Of a stretch of DNA of 32,000 bases, positions 11,464 to 20,823 are shown in pieces. The stretch comes from Paramicrosporidium saccamoebae KSL3 (Eukaryota > Fungi > Cryptomycota), in NCBI GenBank assembly GCA_002794465.1, contig MTSL01000035.1:2039-34038 (forward strand), read 5' to 3'. Position 1 is the stretch's first letter. Each line of letters starts with the position of its first letter. Under the pieces are notes generated by a model, which searched no databases, was not told the origin of the DNA, and saw only the letters and a list, made by a program, of their open reading frames with translations. The position numbers and the translations under genes are program-made.

Positions 11464-11843
11464 TTAAGCCTTGGTAGCTACTGGCTCCTCAGCAACCGCC
11501 GTCGCGCGGGTGTAAATGTTCAGCGATGCCGACGAGTGCACACGCTTGATCAAGCCCTTTCCCTCCAACTCGGCGAGAACCTTGCGAGCAGCGCTGCCGT
11601 TAATCTTCATACGGTCCATCAGCACACTGCAGGTAATCAGCTTGTAAGTGGGCACATCCTTGTAGAGCTTGTCCATGGTGGCCTTGTCAATGACGACGGC
11701 ATTGTTGGACTTTTCCTTGACCTTTCCCTTGGACCACTTCTTCTTCTTGGCCTTACCACCGCTCGATGGCTTTCCTGCTTCAGCCTTGGTCTAAATAAGA
11801 GTTAGTAACGGATGAACAAGACCCGGGAGGGTTCACGTACCAT
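11464..11843 (-). CDS. RPS25: 40S ribosomal protein eS25; 50-nt intron 11791-11840 immediately after ATG; 109 aa
   Basis: KKKKWSKGK and [12 protein letters not shown]...[13 protein letters not shown] motifs. Intron GTACGT...TACTAAC...TTTAG. Confidence 0.97.
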
Positions 11844-12006
11844 TTTGAACGAGGGAGCAGACCGGGGTATTGGGATGTGATGTAGGGGATTGATTGTCTT
11901 AATATTTGTGTGATAGACTAGCTCTATTGGATGGATATTTGAGGATCAACCGTGAACAACGGTGAATAAATTCTCTTTCCGTTTGACTTGGTTCGTAGCA
12001 ATTACT

Positions 12007-12134
12007 CCACCACGCAACAACCATCCCACCACACAACAACCATCCCACCACGCAACAACCATCCCACCACGCAACAATCACCCCACCACACAACAACCGC
12101 TCCACCATACAACAGTCACCTTCCCACGCAACAG
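12007..12134. repeat. 19-bp minisatellite CCACCACGCAACAACCATC, 6 full units plus one partial, degenerating rightwards
   Basis: Units start at 12007, 12026, 12045, 12064, 12083 and 12102. Confidence 0.95.
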
Positions 12135-12140
12135 TAGTAT

Positions 12141-13274
12141 TTATTGAATGTGACGGGTCGCCGAAGCGGCTTTGGATAATCTATTCATGATGGCAAGGCC
12201 TTCATCATTCTCCTCTATTGATTGCGCAACAATTAGCGTCGGGTTCACAGAATCAGCCGCCCTCAGCGCCGAGAACAAATTTCTGGCAATCTCCTCCCGA
12301 TCCCCCGTGGTGGAAAGTGGAAATTCGAAATAACAATCGTCTGTGATGGCGCTCTGAGATCTTATCGTCAGTCGAGCGATACGGTGATCAGAGTTGAGCT
12401 CTTGTTTAATAAACTTGGAGATGGCCTCGTCCAGCTTGGCTTCGTCAGTGCCATGAAATAGTAGCAACGGACTTGTGGGAGAGTAGTGGCGATACTTCAT
12501 ACCAGGAGTTGCTGGTCGATCCTCCATCTGCTTAGTCTCCTCAGCGGTCAAGTTGTCCGAGTTCTTATTGAACACGCGCACATCTGGGAGCAGCTCGTGC
12601 AACATCCGTGCAGTTATGGATCCAGGCCGCAAGATTATTGGCGGGTGGCGGGTTGCATCCAAAACAGTCGATTCTAGGCCAAATCCAGAAGATCCACCGT
12701 CAACAATATAATTTATCCGTCCTTCCAGGTCCTCCAAAACATGAGCTGCCGTTGTCGGACTGGGTCGACCAGAAAGATTTGCAGACGGCGCCGCCAAGGG
12801 GAATCCACACAATTCAATGATTTTTCGGGCAATCGGGTGGGAGGGAAAACGTACAGCGACAGTGTCCAAACCGGCAGTGACCACATCAGGCACACCTTCC
12901 TTTTTAGGAAGGAGCACAGTAAGGGGTCCTGGCCAGAATTTACACAGTACAGGCTTCAGTTTTTGGGGTATACAAAGTGCATCAAGAACATTGGCATTGG
13001 GCTGTGCGTCGTCTTTTGGCCGAACAAGCATGCGCAGCATCTCCAATGAAGAGATGTGCGCAATAAGAGGATTATCTGACGGCCGCTTCTTAACGCTGTA
13101 TATTCGCTGGCAAGCGTCAAAGTCTAGAGCGTTGGCAGCGAGACCGTAAACCGTTTCGGTGGGTATCGCAACCGGGCGGGACTCTTTCAAGTCGACAATA
13201 GCTGGCGCAAGTGCATGTTCTAATTCATCAGCCGTGGTGCACTCTGCAGCTTGTAATATGACAGTCTTGTGCAT
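12141..13274 (-). CDS. SUA5: Threonylcarbamoyl-AMP synthase (t6A) Sua5/YrdC with Sua5 C-terminal domain
   Basis: PTETVYGLAANA, KKRPSDNPLIAH, FWPGPLT, AAPSANLSGRPSPT, GLESTV, PGMKYRHYSP, AIMNRLSKAA. Confidence 0.97.
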   Translation of the reverse strand: MHKTVILQAAECTTADELEHALAPAIVDLKESRPVAIPTETVYGLAANALDFDACQRIYSVKKRPSDNPLIAHISSLEMLRMLVRPKDDAQPNANVLDALCIPQKLKPVLCKFWPGPLTVLLPKKEGVPDVVTAGLDTVAVRFPSHPIARKIIELCGFPLAAPSANLSGRPSPTTAAHVLEDLEGRINYIVDGGSSGFGLESTVLDATRHPPIILRPGSITARMLHELLPDVRVFNKNSDNLTAEETKQMEDRPATPGMKYRHYSPTSPLLLFHGTDEAKLDEAISKFIKQELNSDHRIARLTIRSQSAITDDCYFEFPLSTTGDREEIARNLFSALRAADSVNPTLIVAQSIEENDEGLAIMNRLSKAASATRHIQ

Positions 13275-13371
13275 CTTCAGGGCCCTAAGGAGTGCGGGTC
13301 TTGCTATTGTGGCCAGTTTTGGGTCGAACCGCGGCCACCAATCAGAATCTTCAATAAAAACAATCCCTTTA

Positions 13372-14152
13372 TTAGAGCAGCATTTGCACAGAAGAGAGGT
13401 CCTCCAGTGAGGCTATATTTTGGCATTGAGACAGCTCCCTGTCGAGATCGACGACCTGTTCAAATGGCCAGTCCGTTTCTGGGGCATCAATAACATTCAA
13501 GTTGCGATTCTGTTCCATCGTGTCAACAACAATGTTCCTCAACGAAGAAACCTGCTCAGTAAGAGACCGGGCAATGTCCTCGATCGGCGTCACTATAATG
13601 AGACACAATGCATAAGAACGCTACAATTGTGATAAGCGAGCTTTTCCTTCAAGGCAGACAACTGGGCTTCCATTCGAGATACCAGCTCCTCCTCCGCCTG
13701 CAACTGCAACTCCTCCGCCTCCAAATAGGCGTCCTCCAGCCGGGACTAAAACATAAAGAGTCGGACAAACAAGTCACCTTTTGAAGACGAGCAGCAAGTT
13801 GTGTTAGCTCGGCATCAACTGCCGCCTCATTGAAATCCTGCACAGGCTCAGGAGCACCAGGCAGCTGAAAGTTGTCCGGGATCACCAGCACATTTTTAAT
13901 AATGTACGACTCGAAAAGCTCATAGTTTCTTCCGAACCGTGCCTCCACCAGAGCGGACCATTGTCCCACACCTGCTTCCAGCTGACCGTGACTTAGAAAG
14001 GCAACCTCGGGAGCAATGTCACTGACGACCTTGTCAAACATGGCAAAGACTGCCTTGACGACCACTTCACCGACAGAATCAAGAAACTGAAAAGGCGTAA
14101 AGCCATAATGCTGAGCTTCGCGTTCGTAAAAGAATTCCGAGTCGGTGGACAT
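13372..14152 (-). CDS. MIS12: Kinetochore protein Mis12/Mtw1; introns 13746-13777 and 13593-13624 (32 nt each); 238 aa
   Basis: QHYGFTPFQFLDSV...FELFE/YIIKNVLVIP-type N-terminal motif (EAQHYGFTP...NYELFESYIIKNVLVIPD) followed by coiled coil. Two introns join three ORF pieces in frame. AATAAA overlaps the stop. Confidence 0.82.
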
Positions 14153-14293
14153 TTCAATTGGCTGCCCGCCAAATCCTGGATTATCCGTATTAGCAAGGGT
14201 TGAGAACTATTTAGCGCTGGGATTTGTTGCGTTAAGAGCGATTGAACACTGACAATCATTTAGTATTGAGAGAATCTTTAATATTGGTGGTAT

Positions 14294-14806
14294 ATGAGCT
14301 CTGTCCATTCCAGGGCAGCCGGCTATTGCTGGATCATCCTCGGGTAGAAACATTTGCAAATCAACAATCTGATTGGATGGCTTGTCAAAAGTCTTTATGC
14401 GCAGATTGGGAGCAGCTGTTGTGCACAGAGCAGCGCGAGTTTATCAATTTCAGATTTAAGAGAGTGTACAGACTACAGGGATTCTAACGGCCATAGCTAC
14501 GAGTCCGTGCTAATACCCACCAAGCTGGATTTTGAGGAGCTATACTCCTCCGTAACCGAGAGACGACGCACTACAGAAGCTCCGGCTACGGAAGCCAAGC
14601 ACAAAGTGCAAATATTACCTAACGCAACTACGTCCGTAACCCGACGCAAAGACTACAACGAAGATAAAGAGACAAAAGTGCTAGTCCCGAGGAGGCTTTC
14701 AGCCAACCGTTTCAAACTCTACCGGTTACGCATGTCACGCCCCCGATGGCAAGGACTCTTCCTATACCGCACATTTAAGCGTCTCCGCATACCGACGTGT
14801 CAATAA
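14294..14806 (+). CDS. Hypothetical protein (~154 aa), possibly secreted; tentative 48-nt intron 14344-14391
   Basis: 150-codon open frame ending in an AATAAA-overlapping stop, with no usable internal ATG. A GTAG...AAG intron would supply MSSVHSRAAGYCWIILGLYAQIGSSCCA. The AAG acceptor is atypical, so the 5' model is uncertain. Confidence 0.4.
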
Positions 14807-15168
14807 ATCCAACGTTTTATATGTGACAACATGGTGGATTGAAAAATAAACAGTGTCTGATAGTAACTTTATTCAAATCTCAACAGACCCTTTATGACAT
14901 GTCATTACATTGCGTAGTGGGGATAACATCATGGATCAGGTCATGTGGGAACCCGTTTGCTGTTAGTCAAACAGCCTAATGCGGGCGAGGAGGGGACTTG
15001 CTCAACTGCTGATCTCAAGATCGTAAGGACATAGATCTCACTGTTCTCAAATGCCCAGCAAACGATCCACTCTATCACACAGGTGCACCTTCTTCAAATT
15101 AGGGAATTACCTTTAAATATCCAACTAAAAATACCCTATATCACAGATATACCCTCCCTCACTTTATT

Positions 15169-16573
15169 TCAATATGTCGCCCAATCAGGCACAGCTAGAC
15201 AAAAGGATGTCGCACCGGAAATTAGTAGAGTGTCATTTCCTGGAGCCCAGCGGACAAGACGCGGATCATTAACTGCCGGCTGGGGGATAGAGAGACATCC
15301 ACTGGGTTGCCAGACAAAGACGTTTGACGCCTCAGTTGCAACGACCAGAACAGGCGACACGTCATGCCACGAAAAGGATCGCACTGAAGATGCCTGCTGC
15401 AGTACGGCCACTACTTCCAGTTCGTTGACATTGATAATCCAGACACAGTTTGGATACTCACTGGTGACTGCGGCAATGTAGGCAGAATCATTGGAGAATT
15501 CAATCTGCAAGTTGGGTGTCCTCTTTGTATCTACCGACCGGCTAGCTTGAAGCTGAAATCCCGATTCATCTACCAAATAACAGCAGAACGGGCAAGTCTT
15601 ACATTTTGACCGATCAACTACATTTCCCAGCTGATTCACCTCTTTGACAATCTTTTCCTTAAAGACTATCTACACATTTAGCCCCAATTTAATGTCTTGC
15701 CGTTTCATGAGGCATCAGTGATGACGGGCCAATGTCCAGGATTGCTCCCATTTTCTGTGTGATGGAATTCCACAACGAAAATGAGGTTGGATTCCTGACA
15801 GCTGCTGCAATCCACCCTGCCTTGCTCCAAACCACCTTTTCATATCCGCTGCCGTATTCGGCCAGGCCACTAATTACTTTGCACGAGGCGCCATCCGGCG
15901 CAAAGATGAAAATCCGATCTGAGAAGGCCGGTGCTTCCCATGCAATGATTGCAGGTCGCAGCTCCGTCGTCCGCTCAAGAAACGGACAGAATATTAAATC
16001 TTCCAGATTGGCCGACTCGGGGGGCCGTACGCTTTGTACTACCCGCCACGCCGAATCATACACAATAATTACATCCTCAAATTCTCTGCGGACAAGGACC
16101 GCCAGCCACCGATCGTCAGGGCTAAACGCAAAACCTCGATCAGTGAATTTCGGCGAATGAATTACCGCCTGGGGAAACTTTTCATCCAACTTCCAAATAC
16201 GGACGGCTATTCGGTGTTTCAGAACGACCAGAAAATGAAGCGAATCAGGCGCCCACAGAACTCGTTCCACCCCCAAGCGCACATTTTCTGTCACAGTACA
16301 AATGGGTCGATCACTGGTCTCAAAGTCCCAAACAAAAAATCTCGCCAGCGCATAATCTGCCAACAGCAGGAACTGATTATTTGGCGCCCAGACAAGCTCC
16401 CGCCGACCAGGACCGCTCTCCGGGACAGGAAGAAGATAATGTAGAGCGCCATTAGTAGTAGAATGGATTGCGACAAAGAGCTGGACGGCGTCTCGACGAT
16501 GAAGACCGGCTACGTATCGCCCAGAGGGGGAGAGACGTGCTCCGACCGTCTTGAACCCTTCAGTAAACTCCAT
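15169..16573 (-). CDS. WRAP73: WD40 protein WRAP73/WDR8 (centrosome/SPB microtubule anchoring); introns 15670-15700 (GC-AG, 31 nt) and 15570-15602 (33 nt); 446 aa
   Basis: MEFTEGFK...SPSGRYVA, WAPDSLHFL, PKFTDRGFAFSPDDRWLAVLVRREFED and PNCVWII...AVLQQASSVRSFSW match WRAP73 segments. Splicing restores IVFKE and SKYE, both seen in the human protein. Confidence 0.85.
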
Positions 16574-16652
16574 AATATTTATTCTATTGTTTTCTTTCTT
16601 TACAACCCGCAGTGTTTCCTGCAACGACATTTCTAAGCACATCTGGGCTCAT

Positions 16653-16913
16653 TTAAACACTTTCTTGTTCTGCCTCCACAGGCTCGTCTTTCAAAAACAT
16701 GGCTGTTATGGTCTCGCGAAGACTGGTATCCTTAAGCTGCTGGTTCAGAAACTTTTGGTACTTTGCGCTTGTTCTCATTTCATGCTGCCTTGGTGTCATA
16801 CACTGATTATGATCTTCTTGTATCGCAAGGCTATCGGCCATGTCTAGTCCAAGGCTGCTGGCCATGTTCAGTCCAAGAATTACCAGAAACAGTCCACGTC
16901 GCATCTTAGGCAC
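16653..16913 (-). CDS. Small hypothetical protein with signal-peptide-like N-terminus (86 aa)
   Basis: ATG ORF; MRRGLFLVILGLNMASSLG is basic then hydrophobic. No homology recognised. Confidence 0.4.
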   Translation of the reverse strand: MPKMRRGLFLVILGLNMASSLGLDMADSLAIQEDHNQCMTPRQHEMRTSAKYQKFLNQQLKDTSLRETITAMFLKDEPVEAEQESV

Positions 16914-17248
16914 TACCCTGGTTCAGTACCATGCGTTAAAAAGGTTTACCATGAACGCCCAGTTGGTGGCTGGTTGTCTTGTTACCTGCGGCATTATTTA
17001 ACACTGATTCGTCAATTGGGCATACCTTAATAAACTTGATTCTTAGATGAAAGGGCTGTAATTTCAAATGAAAACTGCGTCCAGGGAAAATTTGTAATTT
17101 TCTGGGGCACTCTGTCTAAAGTATGCTTTATTCTTAAGGTAGATCAAGCAAAAAGCCTATCACCATAACTCTTGTTTAGATACGTGTTACAACCACGATT
17201 ACAGCCATGTTTTCAACCCTGTGCTAGCTTTGATTGTTCGTCATTGGC

Positions 17249-17629
17249 TTAGAAGGACAAACGACGATTAACGGGTCTCCCGCATAGACCGGGTTTATCG
17301 GTCTTGGGGGATGCGGAGCCGATAATCGGTCTGCGAGGAGCCTTAGCACGGCGCGTCAACGGGGGCGGGGTGTGAGAGCTAGGAGCTGGGGATGGAGAGG
17401 GAGCCCGAGGAGAAGAGGCACGAGAAGGCGTGGTGCGAGGAGATGGAACCTGAGGAGAAGAAGCACGAGAGGGCGTGGTGCGAGGAGATGAGGAAGACTG
17501 GTCGAAATTCACCATATCGAGGGTCTCATTAGATGATCCTATTTCAGAGACGCTTTCAGATGAGCCAATGGCTGCCACATAGGACGAAAGGAGCAAAAAG
17601 GATAAGAGACTCAGTGACAGAACTCGCAT
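17249..17629 (-). CDS. Small secreted Ser/Pro/Arg-rich protein (126 aa) with internal 15-aa duplication
   Basis: Clear signal peptide MRVLSLSLLSFLLLSSYVAA. 45-nt duplication at 17407-17445 / 17452-17490. Ends in PVNRRLSF. Confidence 0.7.
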   Translation of the reverse strand: MRVLSLSLLSFLLLSSYVAAIGSSESVSEIGSSNETLDMVNFDQSSSSPRTTPSRASSPQVPSPRTTPSRASSPRAPSPSPAPSSHTPPPLTRRAKAPRRPIIGSASPKTDKPGLCGRPVNRRLSF

Positions 17630-17975
17630 TTTTCAAGCACCCCGGCTACCCCAACAGGCCAGTACCCCACAATATAACTACGATGACTAAAAGTCCAAAG
17701 CGTGATAGTGGCAACTCTGTTTCATGTCTATTCTGAACAAGTTGAAGATTCATCTTTAAGAGTGATGAGTATCTGTAAACAGCACCATTCCGAACACCGA
17801 CGAGCCTGGTTTGTCAACAACCTTTGACGTTCCAGACGATAGAATAGACTTTAATGCCTAACAGTATCCATAAAGCAGTGGAAATTTGATAGTAAACCCC
17901 ACGATTGCGGCATGAGAGGGAAATTGCCTAATCTCATTCGTTGGAATGCAAGGTTAATTTAGACTTTTCGATTCT

Positions 17976-17983
17976 TATATAAA
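17976..17983 (+). promoter_or_regulatory. TATA box of pseudogene copy A
   Basis: TATATAAA ~35 nt upstream of ATG 18018, in a context homologous to copy B (gattc-TATA-...gcgattc.gcccaggg). Confidence 0.55.
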
Positions 17984-18017
17984 CAGCGATTCGGCCCAGG
18001 GCTCAGCATCCGAAGTA

Positions 18018-19183
18018 ATGGAAGATGCCTAGCTAGTCATTGGAATTGTTGCGGCAGCAGCCGGCGGTCTTAGTGCCTGCCTCCTGAAAGCAAGCCCACC
18101 CCTGGATGGTCCTCGCAGACACTATAGGGTCTGCCGCGGCAATGTTCTGCAGTACAGTGGCAGCGGCCGAGGCTAATCTGTGGTCGTATGGCGTAGGAGG
18201 TGAGCTAGTAGCCCTTCTCCTTTCGTTGCTACCGTGCCGCCGTGCATGGGACCGCCGCCAACAAAAGAAGCGGGCCCGAGCCCTTGGGATGTGGTTACCC
18301 GAGGACACCATATAGGATGCCTCCTTCTCCATTACCCTCTCAGTATATCAAGGTGAATCGGTTGTCTCTAATTCTATAGTTCGCTCTCCACCGCTATGGA
18401 GTCGATGCGTCCTGTATCCCACACCTACCAATTCCATCCCTGCAGAGGGCATTCGCAACGCATTCCATCGAGCGCCAGGGACCGAGTCTGGCGGAGTTCA
18501 AGACAGAGTGCCTTGGTACAGTCACCTGTCTGGACGTAGGCGGCTTTCAAAGCTTTCAAATAATGGCAGGCCTGCTGTTGTTCGTGGAGCCAACCGAAGC
18601 TGCAAAATGTCGAGGATGGTACGTGGCACGCAGCATGTGCTATTGTCTTGGAGCTTTTCATCAAGTCAAAGACCGATAAACTCGTGACTGTAATGCGTCT
18701 CATCTGAAAGTCACGCGTGCTCTGCCAGACGTCGGAACATGAATTTACAAGTAATGTGCTTTGTCGTCTGGCAGAGCACGCGTGACTTCCAGATGAGACG
18801 CTCCAAAGACGTCCGAGTCAAGATCCATTTGACCACACTCCCGGGTGACCGTTTTGAGCGTAGAAACAAATTGAACTTGAAGCGCTGATACTCGATGGGA
18901 ATCTCTAAGAGTACCGGTTTTATGGACTTGACTGGTGTTTTTGGAGGTAATCTTCAAGGGACCGGGATATTTGATTCACTACACTCATTGTTGTGAGACG
19001 TGTGAGCATCGTACCGTGGGACGCAGGTCATACAAGCATTCTGCTTTCGAGAAGCCATGGGATTGGTGGGCATTTAAGACTATGTTGACAAGGTACATGG
19101 TAATGCTTCCACTACGCAGCGGACTGATGGTTATGTATAAACGTGGCATTTCAGACCCGGAAGAACTTGGCTTTTTGACATAG
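18018..19183 (+). pseudogene. Degenerate paralog (copy A) of the 19361-20520 gene
   Basis: Collinear DNA similarity with copy B, including the intron (18343-18379). Premature stops at 18030 (TAG vs CAG), 18313 (TAG) and ~18705 (TGA vs TGG); a +7-nt frameshift near 18625-18640; a 9-nt duplication near 18545-18560. The C-terminal CETC...KPWDW segment is retained. Confidence 0.85.
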
Positions 19184-19318
19184 GCAAATCTTTGTGATAA
19201 ACCCTTTCGTTTCTGGGAGAAATCATGTTGATATGCCATTATGAAACTGCAACGCAGATGGCATTTCTATCCAATCACACGTATAGGCGGGAGATTCATG
19301 CGAACGCACAGCGATTCC

Positions 19319-19326
19319 TATAAATA
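19319..19326 (+). promoter_or_regulatory. TATA box of copy B (CCAAT at 19271-19275)
   Basis: TATAAATA ~35 nt upstream of ATG 19361, conserved with copy A. Confidence 0.6.
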
Positions 19327-19360
19327 GAGCGATTCTGCCCAGGGTTTGGCATCGACAAGC

Positions 19361-20520
19361 ATGGAGAGTCCGCAGCTAGTCACAGGGATCGTTGCTGCCG
19401 CTGCTGGAAGTCTCAGCGCCTGTCTTATGGTCTGGTTTCGATGGGATCATGCCCATCCTTGGAGCACCCTCGTCGGGTTGTTCCTATCATCTGTGGTAGC
19501 GTTTTGCGGTACAGTGGCAGCGGCCAAGGCTAGTCTGTGGTCGTATGGCGTAGGAGGTGCGCTGGTAGCCCTTCTACTTTCATTGCTACCGTGCCGCTGG
19601 GCATGGGACCGCCACCAACAAAAGAAGCGGGCCCGAGCCCGAGGGCTGTGGCTGTCCGAAGGCACCGTCGAAGGTGAATCCTTTTATGTCACCCTGACAG
19701 TATCAATGTGAGTCGATCGTCTTTAATATTGTAGATCGCACTCCGCCGATATGACATTGACGCGTCATGCATCACAGACTTACCGATTTCAGATATGAAG
19801 AGGGCATTTGCGACAAGGCCCATCGCGCGCCAAGGACTTAGTTTGGCGGAGTTTAAAATAGAGTGCCTTAGTGCAGTCACTTGCCTGGACGTAGGCAGCT
19901 TTCGACAAATGGCCGGAATGCTGCTGCTTGCGAAGCAAGCTGAAATCGAAACGTGCAGAAGATGGTATGTCAAGTGCGCAATTGTCTTGGATCTCTTCGT
20001 AAAGTCGAAAGATGAGGAGCTCGTTAATGTGGTGCGCTTGATGTGGAAGACCCACCTGTTCTGCCGGGCATTGAGGTGTGAATTGACACGCAATGCTATT
20101 TATCGTCTGAAGACCGAAATGGCCAAATTTCTTATACATTTTTTGATCCAGGAGCACCCCAAGGACGATTGGGTCAAGGCCTATTTGACAGAATCCGGAA
20201 ACGCACAGACCCCTCCAAGTGGTAGTTTCACGCGCATAGAAGACTTGTCAATAGAATGCTGGTACGCCGCGGGGGATCTTGAAGAATGCCGTTTATGTAG
20301 GTACAGGCCTTGGAAGAGACCGGCAGTTTTGGAAGTACCTTATAGGGGGTTAAGATACATATTTCGCTTTACCCGCCGTTGCAAAACTTGCGGGTGCCGT
20401 ACTTTGAGGCGTGGGTTATGCAGGCGTCCCGATCCTAAGACGCCATGGGACTGGCGGTCATGGGACAGTGTTTCAGTAACAGGCAGCGAGGACATTGGAC
20501 TTGGAAGGATATTTGACTAA
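19361..20520 (+). CDS. Orphan protein: 3 N-terminal TM helices, helical domain and C-terminal CxxC...CxxC motif; 35-nt intron 19700-19734; 374 aa
   Basis: Intron GTATCA...TGTAG is phase 0 and joins ORFs 19346 and 19795; the same intron position is present in copy A. Differences between copies are often synonymous in this frame (TTG/CTG, TTT/TTC, AAA/AAG, ACT/ACC, TGC/TGT). AATAAA overlaps the stop. Confidence 0.8.
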
Positions 20521-20823
20521 TAAATAAACATTTTATTCATATTGTGAGGCTAGAGTATCTGGTTGATCTGCTTTTTAGTGCAGTTGATTACATCTCAAGA
20601 CACATAGTATTCATGCTAACAACCATATGGGGCATGGCCAATAATACGAGATGCTTGAAGCTTTCCTGTTAGGAACGGGCAAATAAACCCGTGACCCTCT
20701 TAAAAAGTTATATCCTGAAAATGCGCTTACATACACAGAAAGTTTATTGATAAAAGCACTTTCTTAGATATCACTAAATATTTTGCAAAGCAACTGGATA
20801 TCGCCTATTAACAACTAATCATC

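Noticed and set aside
11899-12147. Short ORFs over the 19-bp array; also considered a CRISPR-like array
   Set aside because: The units are contiguous with no spacers and there are no cas genes in a eukaryotic context; the ORFs are repeat artefacts.
16975-17115. U1-like TTACCTG and an Sm-like AATTTTCTG
   Set aside because: The 5' ATACTTACCTG is not matched and the U1 stem-loops are not found in order.
18018-19183. Stop-codon reassignment or readthrough to rescue copy A
   Set aside because: TAG and TGA terminate conserved genes elsewhere in the window (DBP2 TAG, WRAP73 TGA), and copy A also has a frameshift.
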